The position numbers and the translations under genes were made by a program. DNA of 42,406 nt from Nitrospirota bacterium (GTDB taxonomy: Bacteria > Nitrospirota > UBA9217), in the NCBI GenBank assembly GCA_035623825.1, contig DASPSR010000013.1:1-42406 (forward strand), in the 5' to 3' direction. Under the pieces are notes generated by a model. The model worked only from the letters and a program-made list of their open reading frames with translations, was not told the DNA's origin and made no database searches. Positions 1-7,967 of this stretch are shown one piece after another (the stretch's first letter is position 1; each line of letters starts with the position of its first letter).

Positions 1-16
1 GTCGGCGGAAAAAATA

Positions 17-52
17 AGAGGTGATATGTTTTTCTGAAGTCATATCACCTCT
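17..52 (-). terminator. Perfect 12-bp inverted repeat; probable intrinsic terminator of the minus-strand 987->125 operon (alternatively an RBS-sequestering hairpin)
   Basis: AGAGGTGATATG (17-28) / CATATCACCTCT (41-52), 12-nt loop; followed on the minus strand by TATTTTTT. Confidence 0.5.
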
Positions 53-124
53 CTCGCGGATCCATTGTGTCCCGGTCATCTTATCGGTTCTGCCGTCACG
101 TTCGCGTGCCCGGTGCCGAGATGC

Positions 125-544
125 CTATTGCGCGTCTTTTCCCGCTTTCGCGGACGTTTTCCCCTTTTTCTTCCTGCCTGCCAGATACGCCTCCACGGGC
201 CTCCACTCGAAGGTCATGCTCTTCCCGGCGATGCCCGCCGCGCCCTTGATGGCAAGATTCACCGCGCCGACGGCCAGGGCTGCAAAGAACCCGACCGGCA
301 GCATGACGACGTATGCCAGGCCGATGAACGGGGCGGCCGCGATCTTGCCGATGGATTTCAAGAGATGCCTGGGGCCGCCTGCCTGCTCGATGTAGTGCAG
401 GTCATCTTTGCCCGTTTCGGCCACGGTCCGAAACGGCGCGGGCTTCAAGGCCTCCCAGAAGAGGAGAAATCCGGCGATAGCGGCGAGGGACAGAATGTAC
501 TCGATCCCCTTTACGTGAGTGATGAAATCGACGAGTGTATACAT
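125..544 (-). CDS. Small membrane protein with HmcD-like N-terminal segment and C-terminal domain shared with the upstream gene
   Basis: 139 aa; AAGGAGG RBS; hydrophobic helices; N-term YTLVDFITHVKGIEYIL; C-term PFIGLAY..MLP and F.W.P..AYLAG.KKK motifs. Confidence 0.75.
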   Translation of the reverse strand: MYTLVDFITHVKGIEYILSLAAIAGFLLFWEALKPAPFRTVAETGKDDLHYIEQAGGPRHLLKSIGKIAAAPFIGLAYVVMLPVGFFAALAVGAVNLAIKGAAGIAGKSMTFEWRPVEAYLAGRKKKGKTSAKAGKDAQ

Positions 545-642
545 GGTATAGCCTCCTTATCATTTGGTTTCGGTGATTAGCTTCCCGTTGCTGTCCTGCT
601 TCCCATCCGCAGGAACGCCCTGCGGACCGGTCTGCCTGTGCG

Positions 643-987
643 CTACTTTTTCTCTTCTTCCCTCTTTTTCTTCTTTCCCGCCAGATAGGCGCTCCTGGGC
701 TGCCATCCGAAGGAGACGCTCTTCGCGACCATGTTGTGCAGGCCCGCCGCAACCTTGCGCACCGCCAAAACGACGGCAGTCGTTATGCCGATGAACGGCA
801 TCAGGATCGCGTAAAGCAGTCCGATGAACGGTCCCGATACCAGCATGACAGCCGACGACATCCTGACGTAGGTCGCCGTCTCTCCGCCCGCGAGCACATC
901 TTCACTGGCCACGTCGATCCTCCGGCCGTTTGCCAGGTCCCAGTACGTTCCCTTTCCAACCTTATGTCCGCCCTTGAAAGTAAGCAT
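643..987 (-). CDS. Small hypothetical membrane protein, paralogous in its C-terminal half to 125..544
   Basis: 114 aa; AAAGGAGG RBS; GG.KV.KG.YW N-term; hydrophobic hairpin PFIGLLYAILMPFIG; SFGWQPRSAYLAGKKKK tail. Confidence 0.75.
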   Translation of the reverse strand: MLTFKGGHKVGKGTYWDLANGRRIDVASEDVLAGGETATYVRMSSAVMLVSGPFIGLLYAILMPFIGITTAVVLAVRKVAAGLHNMVAKSVSFGWQPRSAYLAGKKKKREEEKK

Positions 988-1033
988 TGTGGTATCCTCC
1001 TTTCGCTGGTTTCGTTATCTATTCTCTGCTTAA

Positions 1034-1100
1034 GGTATACCAGTGATCCCGGGATTTGTAAATTAGAAGAAACTCCTATCGCCAGGAGGAAATTATCCTA
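1034..1100 (-). promoter_or_regulatory. Putative sigma70 promoter with two tandem imperfect palindromic operators directly upstream of -35
   Basis: Minus strand TTTACA(1062-1057)-N17-TATACC(1039-1034); TAGAAG-AAA-CTCCTA (1064-1078) and GAGGAA-ATT-ATCCTA (1086-1100), 22 bp apart. Confidence 0.45.
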
Positions 1101-1201
1101 TTGCGCGGGATAAATTGTTGGCAGCAGCACAGCAAGTGGACGAAAGTTGCACGGGACGAAAAAGGCAGAACCCTTCGCTGCCTATGAGCTGGTGTTGCTG
1201 T

Positions 1202-1230
1202 TTGACTTTGCCTTTTTACTTTGGTATTCT
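1202..1230 (+). promoter_or_regulatory. Putative sigma70 promoter for the RelA/SpoT-like gene
   Basis: TTGACT-N17-TATTCT with TG extended -10 motif. Confidence 0.55.
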
Positions 1231-1346
1231 CACACCTGCTCTTGTCCCTTGCCGCTAATCCGGTTTCATAGTCCGGATTACGTTTTCTCGATCAGAAAAA
1301 AAATTAGAGATCAAGAGGGAAATAGCAACTTTAAGGGAACTGCTCC

Positions 1347-2840
1347 GTGGAAAATACGCCTGCTGACCAGGAACTTCATCATGAAATCTTCGGTTCCATC
1401 CTGGACAGAACCGAGATGACGCCATTTCTGCTGCTGCCTGCACGGGAATATGCAACTTTCCTCAGTCAGGCGACCAAGATGATGGCCAACCGCGGCTTTG
1501 ACACGCTTGGAAGCAACGAGTTGCCAAAGAGTGAGCGCGAACGAGCGACGCTTTACATAAAACGCTCTTACGCCTATATTCTCGATTGGCTATTCCCCTT
1601 CATGGTGAAGCAACTGGAAGGGCTCGCGGCATTGCGTTCTCCGAACGCCGGCTGTTACCTGAAATGCCTGCATGCCATTGAAGAATCTGCATCGGTCCTG
1701 CGTGACCCGCAATTCCGGAGCATAGTGGGAGAAGATCCGCGCCACCTGTTCCTTCTTGCCTCATCCCGGAGGTACCCGCGTGTTTTTTACGGATATAAGG
1801 GGAGAGACCTGGAAGTGCCTGCAGCCTGGCAGGAAGTGGCCTGCTCCCTCCTCAAGACGGCGCATCTGATCAAGTCGATCGAGGAGGACAGCCAGGATAT
1901 CAATGATTATGCCCAGCTGGGATTCTTTCTGGAGATGCAAGGCCAACAGCTCGATGATCTCTACCACTACGATTGGGAACATCCGGCTCATATCCCCGAT
2001 AATGAATCTGCTCAAAGGGCGTTTGTCAAGATCTCAACGTTTTTCCATCGTCTGAGAGAGTCCTTGGCCTTCGATCAATCGAAAGGTTATCTGGTCTTCA
2101 ACAGCGGGGATGGTGTCGACGTAGAAATTGCCGAGATAAGGGCGCGGTTAAAAAGCCCGGCGAGCTTGGTCACCAAGCTGGGGAAGGACGTGGAAGGGGA
2201 AGCATATGACATCAGGGACATCCTTGCGATAACTTTCATACTGAAAAGCAGGGATGACACGCTGAAGCTGTTTCATGCACTCCAGAAACGCGGAGTGATC
2301 CTTCAGGAAAATACAGCTTCACACTCCATTACACAGACGCTCTTTGATAGCCCGGAGAGCATGGAAGAGGCGGTGCGGAGGTTGATGATCAGCCTTGCCC
2401 GAAGCAGGGGAGGCAATGAAACGCATGAGGAAGGACGACTGCTCTCTCATGCGAGAAATTTTTATGAGGCTTTGAGCATGAATACCGAAAAGAATGTCCA
2501 TTCGTCCCGTGGCCATAAGAAGTTCCAGTGCAACATTGCCTTTTCCCTGCCGATCCACCGTACGTCCGGGACAAACGAGATAATGATTCCCGGCACACCT
2601 CTCTACGCAGGAAGAGACCAGATAGACAAGAAGACCGAGCAGCATACTCTCGGGGTGGAACTGCGCATATCCGATGTGGAAAGCTGGCGCACCTCTGAGC
2701 AAAAGGGTGATTCACACCACGATTCATACAAATTCCGACAGCTCGTCTCATTTATGAACAGGGCCTTCAAGAACATGTTCCACATGCCGGAAGAGAGCTT
2801 CCCTCAGCTGAGAAAAGACCAGATGGCCCTGTTCCCCTGA
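1347..2840 (+). CDS. Divergent RelA/SpoT (RSH) synthetase-like nucleotidyltransferase-fold protein (TIGR04552/TIGR04562-like)
   Basis: 497 aa; motifs ARLKSPASLVTKL, DIRDILAITFI..SRDD, SSRGHKKFQ, VELRI...E.GDSHHDSYK in the RSH Syn1-Syn4 order; no HD hydrolase, TGS or ACT domain seen. Confidence 0.65.
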   Translation: MENTPADQELHHEIFGSILDRTEMTPFLLLPAREYATFLSQATKMMANRGFDTLGSNELPKSERERATLYIKRSYAYILDWLFPFMVKQLEGLAALRSPNAGCYLKCLHAIEESASVLRDPQFRSIVGEDPRHLFLLASSRRYPRVFYGYKGRDLEVPAAWQEVACSLLKTAHLIKSIEEDSQDINDYAQLGFFLEMQGQQLDDLYHYDWEHPAHIPDNESAQRAFVKISTFFHRLRESLAFDQSKGYLVFNSGDGVDVEIAEIRARLKSPASLVTKLGKDVEGEAYDIRDILAITFILKSRDDTLKLFHALQKRGVILQENTASHSITQTLFDSPESMEEAVRRLMISLARSRGGNETHEEGRLLSHARNFYEALSMNTEKNVHSSRGHKKFQCNIAFSLPIHRTSGTNEIMIPGTPLYAGRDQIDKKTEQHTLGVELRISDVESWRTSEQKGDSHHDSYKFRQLVSFMNRAFKNMFHMPEESFPQLRKDQMALFP

Positions 2841-2956
2841 AAAACCGGCTGAAGCATGAGATACGGGTACTTCCCCCAGATCGATCGTTCCTGCCATGAC
2901 ATCTACAATCAATCAGTCTCGAATCGCCGAACGCACAGATGCAGAAAAGATCATCG

Positions 2957-3256
2957 TCACCTCTGCTGTGCAATATAGTCAATCAGTACTACCACGGCGC
3001 GTGCTCGCTTATTGATAACGCCGAGAACAGCGTCGAGCTTCACGACGGGATCGGTGATGGACGGATCGATGAATTCCTCTTCTGCTTCCTCAATCGTCTT
3101 CATAACGTCGATGCCCTGCGAAGTCCGCAGCAACTGATCCTTCCATGCATTCTTTCCCAGGAGGAGAGATCCCAGCAATAATTTCCTGATCTGTGCGGCC
3201 TTGTTTTCGAGAAACATGATCCTCTCATCGTGCATATGCATCGTCCCCAGTTCCAC
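2957..3256 (-). CDS. Hypothetical small helical protein
   Basis: 99 aa with natural amphipathic-helix composition; fills the gap between neighbours; start could be 3256, 3241 or 3235. Confidence 0.6.
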   Translation of the reverse strand: MELGTMHMHDERIMFLENKAAQIRKLLLGSLLLGKNAWKDQLLRTSQGIDVMKTIEEAEEEFIDPSITDPVVKLDAVLGVINKRARAVVVLIDYIAQQR

Positions 3257-3647
3257 CTTTTCGTCTGAATAGCGCCTGATGCTATTATACTATAAGGAGA
3301 ATGCAGAGGTCATGTTAGCCGGTCTTTTGGCAGACTGAAGGTCAAAACCGAGCATAAAGTCCCTTATCAGGCATAACATTGCCCCCTGATTACGTGAACA
3401 TACAAAGATCTGATTTCCAGTCGCTCATATCTATTCACTGGTACCTGACGCTTCAAATGTAACTGTGCAGCCGGCCGCCTCGTTTCGCTCGGCGTACTCC
3501 AGGCCCGCCTGTTTCTTTTCCTTGCCAGAGATGAAAAAATCCGTTACAGTATCACAAGCGGCATACCGCGTTGGCACCTATGACTATCTTCGTATAGCTC
3601 GTTAGGATGAAACAACCCGTGTCGGTAACCCAACATGAGGGAGCAGG

Positions 3648-6350
3648 ATGAATAAGAAAATGGCTCGGAACAGGGTCTTCTTTATCGCCATCATCGCAGC
3701 ATTCGTGTTCTTGCTCGGATCTCGGGAATTTTTCGCATTTATGGCGGACTGGTTGTTCTTCCGCGAGGTGGGGTATGAGGCGGTTTTCTCAAAGACCTTT
3801 CAGGCAAAGACGTTCTCAGGGCTCGCCTTCGGCTCGCTCACCTTTTTCGTGATCTTCGTCAACCTCGCCATTGCAGGGAGGTACACCTATGCCCTGGCTG
3901 GCCTGCACCCCATGTGGGAGAAGGTTCCGCAACTGCGCCATATTGATCTGAACCGGCTTGTGGTATGGATCTCTCTCGTGGTGTCGCTTATCGCAGCCCT
4001 TTTCGCTTTCCCGGTCGGTTCACAGCACTGGGAACAAGCGCTCCTCTTCCTCAACAGCATGCCCGCAGGTATTGCTGATCCACTCTTCGGGAAAGACATC
4101 TCGTTTTACCTCTTCATCTATCCTTTCGTCGACATGCTGAACGACATGGGGCGCAGCCTGATCGTGGTTGCCGCCCTGCTGACCATACCCTTGTACATCG
4201 TTCGTGGTGGAATCGTGGTCATTGGTCGGCACTTCACCATAGAACCAGGGGTGAAGCGACACTTGGGCGTCTTGGGGTCGTTCTTCCTCCTCAGCCTGTC
4301 GATCAGCTTTGTGCTTGACCGTTATGGCCTCATGACCAGCGAGCACGGCGTCCTGTACGGGGCATCGTACACCGATGTACACGCCCGTCTTCCGATGCTC
4401 TCCATTATGGCCGTGCTCACCGCGTTAGCGGCAATCGTCGTCTCCGCCTACGCGGTGCGCCGCTCTCTCGCTGTACCACTGTACGCGATCGGCGTGCTGA
4501 TAGGCGTGTACTTCCTGGGTCTGCAGGCCTATTCCTCGGCAATCCAGAGCTTCAAGGTCTCTCCCAACGAGATCGTCCTGGAGCGGCCCTACATCGCGAA
4601 CCATATCAAGTTTAGCCGGTACGGCTACGGCCTTGCGAACATGGAATTGCAGCCCTTTGCGGCAGACAAACAGCTGACCTTCGCCGATATTCGGAAGAAT
4701 CTGCCGACGATCCAGAACATCAGGTTATGGGATGAGGAACCCCTCCTGAAGACATACAGCCAGTTGCAGCAGATCCGGACCTACTACCATTTCAGCGGTG
4801 TGGATAATGACCGATACACCGTGAACGGAAATTACCTCCAGGTCATGCTGTCCCCTCGAGAGCTGTCCTACGCCGACCTCCCGGAGAAGTCATGGATCAA
4901 CGAGCGGCTTGTTTTCACCCACGGTTTCGGCTTGGCAATGGGACCGGTGAGCGGCATCACAAAGGAAGGGCTGCCGGAATTCTACATCAAGGACATCCCG
5001 CCTGTCTCGAGCGCGGGTCCGAAGGTGACCCGTCCCGAGATCTACTATGGGGAGAGTCCGAACGATTACGTGATCGTGAATACCAAGACGAAAGAATTCG
5101 GCTACCCCACGACAGGGGGAAACATCTATACTGGCTATGCTGGGAAGGGCGGCGTCCGGCTCTCGTCGCTGTTGTCAAGGCTTCTCTACGCCGCATACTT
5201 CGGGAACTTCAAGATAGTCCTTTCGAGCGATGTGACCGATGAAAGCCGGATCCTCTACTACCGGTCGATCATGAAACGGGTTACTGCGATTGCTCCGTTC
5301 TTCGCGTACGATCCTGATCCGTACTTTGTGATCGGTGAGGACGGTCGCTTGTATTGGATCATAGACGCATATTCGCACACGGGAAACCTTCCCTATTCAA
5401 AACCCATCCAGGAAGGTACCAATTATATCCGCAACCCCCTCAAGGCTGTCGTTGACGCATATGACGGCACGGTCTCATTCTACGTTGTTGACGATCAGGA
5501 CATCATGACCAGGACCTACGCCGCCATCTTCCCGACCCTCTTCAGGCCCCTTGCAGAGATGCCGAGGGACCTCCGGAGACACATACGGTATCCCCGGGCC
5601 CTGCTTAAGATTCAGGCCCGGATGTTCACCACGTTCCACATGACCGACCCCTCGGTGTTCTACAACAAGGAGGACCTCTGGGAAATACCATCCTACCGCC
5701 AGCATACCATGGATCCTTATTACCTCATCACAAATCTACCGGCGGGCAAGGCAGAGGAGTTCATCCTTCTCCTGCCGTTTACTCCTTCCAAAAGGGACAA
5801 TCTGGCGGCCTGGATGGCGGCCCGTTGCGACGGAGAGAACTACGGCAAGGTGATGGTGTACACCTTCCCGCGGGACCGGCTTGTCTTCGGGCCGCGCCAG
5901 GTCGACGCTCGAATCGACCAGGATGCCTATATCTCTCAGCAACTCACGCTCTGGGGTCAGCACGGTTCTGAAGTCATCAGGGGGAGCCTCCTGATCATTC
6001 CGATCGAGGATTCGCTCATCTACGTGCAGCCTCTTTATCTTGTCGCCACGGACAAAGGGGGCCTCCCGGAACTGAGCAGGGTCATCGTCGCCTATGGGAA
6101 TAACGTGGTCATGGAGGAAACACTGGAAGCGGCGATTCAACGGCTCTTCTCCGGAACACTGCCGAGGATGACGACAGCGGCGGAGGGAGCGTCCTCCATC
6201 GGTCGGCAGCAGAAGGAGTTGGGTTCCCGGGCGCTGGAACAGCTGCGAAGAGCGAGGGAAGCGCTCCGGAAAGAGGACTGGACAGGATTTGGAAACTACT
6301 TGAAAGAGCTAGAAAAAACGCTCCGTGAGCTTACGAAGGGGGGTTCATAA
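3648..6350 (+). CDS. UPF0182 family integral membrane protein
   Basis: 900 aa; N-terminal TM region with DPLFGKDISFYLF and YGASYTD; NIRLWD..P, QLQQIRTYY.F..VD.DRY, WINERLVFTHG.G and PRIY-like PEIYYGE motifs; GAGGGAG RBS. Confidence 0.92.
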   Translation: MNKKMARNRVFFIAIIAAFVFLLGSREFFAFMADWLFFREVGYEAVFSKTFQAKTFSGLAFGSLTFFVIFVNLAIAGRYTYALAGLHPMWEKVPQLRHIDLNRLVVWISLVVSLIAALFAFPVGSQHWEQALLFLNSMPAGIADPLFGKDISFYLFIYPFVDMLNDMGRSLIVVAALLTIPLYIVRGGIVVIGRHFTIEPGVKRHLGVLGSFFLLSLSISFVLDRYGLMTSEHGVLYGASYTDVHARLPMLSIMAVLTALAAIVVSAYAVRRSLAVPLYAIGVLIGVYFLGLQAYSSAIQSFKVSPNEIVLERPYIANHIKFSRYGYGLANMELQPFAADKQLTFADIRKNLPTIQNIRLWDEEPLLKTYSQLQQIRTYYHFSGVDNDRYTVNGNYLQVMLSPRELSYADLPEKSWINERLVFTHGFGLAMGPVSGITKEGLPEFYIKDIPPVSSAGPKVTRPEIYYGESPNDYVIVNTKTKEFGYPTTGGNIYTGYAGKGGVRLSSLLSRLLYAAYFGNFKIVLSSDVTDESRILYYRSIMKRVTAIAPFFAYDPDPYFVIGEDGRLYWIIDAYSHTGNLPYSKPIQEGTNYIRNPLKAVVDAYDGTVSFYVVDDQDIMTRTYAAIFPTLFRPLAEMPRDLRRHIRYPRALLKIQARMFTTFHMTDPSVFYNKEDLWEIPSYRQHTMDPYYLITNLPAGKAEEFILLLPFTPSKRDNLAAWMAARCDGENYGKVMVYTFPRDRLVFGPRQVDARIDQDAYISQQLTLWGQHGSEVIRGSLLIIPIEDSLIYVQPLYLVATDKGGLPELSRVIVAYGNNVVMEETLEAAIQRLFSGTLPRMTTAAEGASSIGRQQKELGSRALEQLRRAREALRKEDWTGFGNYLKELEKTLRELTKGGS

Positions 6351-6465
6351 GGTCACTCAATGGGTGTGCTTTTACATGACGATGCAATTTGATGAGAGCA
6401 AGAACCAATTACGAAGTGAAAAAGCCGAATTTCGCAGAGGTCCAGAAGGGCGGGAGCGGAGAACG

Positions 6466-7287
6466 ATGAGCCTGTCGAATGAGTTCCGGCGCTTTCGTGG
6501 GAAGGGTCGTCCGACTGCCCTGTGCCTGCTCGCGTTCGTGCTGGTGCTTATTCCAGGGACGTTCAATGCAGAAGAACCGACGGAAGCCTCCTTTCAGCCG
6601 CACATCCAGGCGTTTCAGCCGGGAGAAATACTGACCTACAACGTCAGCTGGTCAAACGTTATAAAGGCAGGGACGGCGGTCATGGAGGTCAAACAGGAGA
6701 CGACGCCGGACCATAGGGAACTCTTCCGGTTCATCGTGACGTCACACACCATAGGCATCGTGGGCAAACTTTACCCGCTGGGCGATACGGTCCAGAGTGT
6801 TTTCGACCCGCGGATCATGCAAAGTCTATCGTACAGTCTCAAGGCGATTCACGGCGAGAAAATCAGACGTCGCGAACTGGTCTTCGATCATGTGCAAAGA
6901 ACGGTGGTCAGCAAGGTTAACGACGATCCGCCGGAGACTATGACCATTCCGGACCAGGTTCAGGACAGCCTGTCTGCGCTCTATTATCTCCGGACGAGAG
7001 AGGATCTCGCCGAAGGCAAGACCATTACTTTCGGAGTCTGTGATCGAGGTACGACTTGGCCTGTCGAGGTCCGGGCCATGGGCAGGGAAAAGGTGAAGAC
7101 GCTCATCGGGGAATTCTCCACCATCAAGGTCAAGGCCCAAAAGGGCATCTTCATGAGCGATGGAGAGCTCTTCATCTGGCTCACTGACGACAGCAGGAAG
7201 GTCCCGGTGCTCATAAAAAGCATGGTCTCTATCGGGTCGCTGGAGTTCATTCTGACGGACATGAAACCGGGAGATGCCGCAAAGTGA
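6466..7287 (+). CDS. DUF3108 domain-containing exported protein
   Basis: Signal-like hydrophobic segment; GE.L.Y..SW, QDSLSALYYLR, E.VKT..GEF.T and IWLTDD.RKVPV.IK motifs; start moved to ATG 6466 with GGAG RBS. Confidence 0.8.
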   Translation: MSLSNEFRRFRGKGRPTALCLLAFVLVLIPGTFNAEEPTEASFQPHIQAFQPGEILTYNVSWSNVIKAGTAVMEVKQETTPDHRELFRFIVTSHTIGIVGKLYPLGDTVQSVFDPRIMQSLSYSLKAIHGEKIRRRELVFDHVQRTVVSKVNDDPPETMTIPDQVQDSLSALYYLRTREDLAEGKTITFGVCDRGTTWPVEVRAMGREKVKTLIGEFSTIKVKAQKGIFMSDGELFIWLTDDSRKVPVLIKSMVSIGSLEFILTDMKPGDAAK

Positions 7288-7457
7288 AGCGCAGTGAAAA
7301 GATCTCTTCCGGTATCTCATTGAATCCCCATAGGGGTCAACGCATCGAGATTCCGGTAAGCGTCGGATGTTGCATCTTCATAATTGCACCTGCTCTCGCC
7401 ACCCCGGGGATTCCTCACGCATAGGGCATGGATTTACTGAGCGTTCGGAGGATCGAC

Positions 7458-7724
7458 ATGGGAATTACAACAGTTTTGGCAAAGGTCCCTTGGAGGAGGA
7501 TATTCGGGTTCTACCTTCCGGGAGCCATCGGCATTGCAGGCGAACTGATGACCCGGCGCGCAAGCAAGGAGCGTACAGATGCCATGAAGCGTCTTGAAGA
7601 TCAGCAAATGGACATTGAGAACGCTCTGGGGATCGTCTTGGCGAGGCAGAAGTTTGTATTCTGGGTAGCCGCCACAGCACTGGTCGCTTCCGCCGCAGCA
7701 CTCGTGATTTCGCTGTTGAAATAA
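7458..7724 (+). CDS. Small hypothetical protein with central coiled coil and C-terminal transmembrane anchor
   Basis: GGAGG RBS before ATG 7458; C-term FVFWVAATALVASAAALVISLL. Confidence 0.65.
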   Translation: MGITTVLAKVPWRRIFGFYLPGAIGIAGELMTRRASKERTDAMKRLEDQQMDIENALGIVLARQKFVFWVAATALVASAAALVISLLK

Positions 7725-7912
7725 CGAAACCGTCGAGGAGAGGGCCAAGAATAGGGGACAGCTTTGGTTTTAGCGCCTTTAACGTCCTGCTTGCTCTTCC
7801 AGACACCTCTTTGGGTTTAAGGGCAAGGATTGACATTCTACATCTGTCATGCCATCGCTATCCTGAACGAAGCCCGGCCCGGCATGTGTCATAAAGCGAA
7901 CCTTTCGAGTTG

Positions 7913-7950
7913 AAAAACAAAAGGGCCTTTTAAGGGCCCTTTTGTTTTTT
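7913..7950. terminator. Bidirectional rho-independent terminator
   Basis: AAAAACAAAAGGGCC (7913-7927) / GGCCCTTTTGTTTTT (7935-7949) between convergent genes. Confidence 0.85.
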
Positions 7951-7967
7951 CCTCTTAAATGTTTCAG

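Noticed and set aside
21-794. Plus-strand ORFs 21..395, 65..580 and 564..794
   Set aside because: They are antisense shadows of the two minus-strand genes, which have clear RBSs and shared motifs.
3293-3340. AAGGAG followed by tiny ORFs (MQRSC, MLAGLLAD) as a possible leader peptide
   Set aside because: RBS spacing is wrong, there is no attenuator structure and no informative codon bias.
6325-6465. N-terminal extension of the DUF3108 ORF overlapping the UPF0182 end
   Set aside because: ATG 6466 has a better RBS and places the signal peptide nearer the N-terminus.
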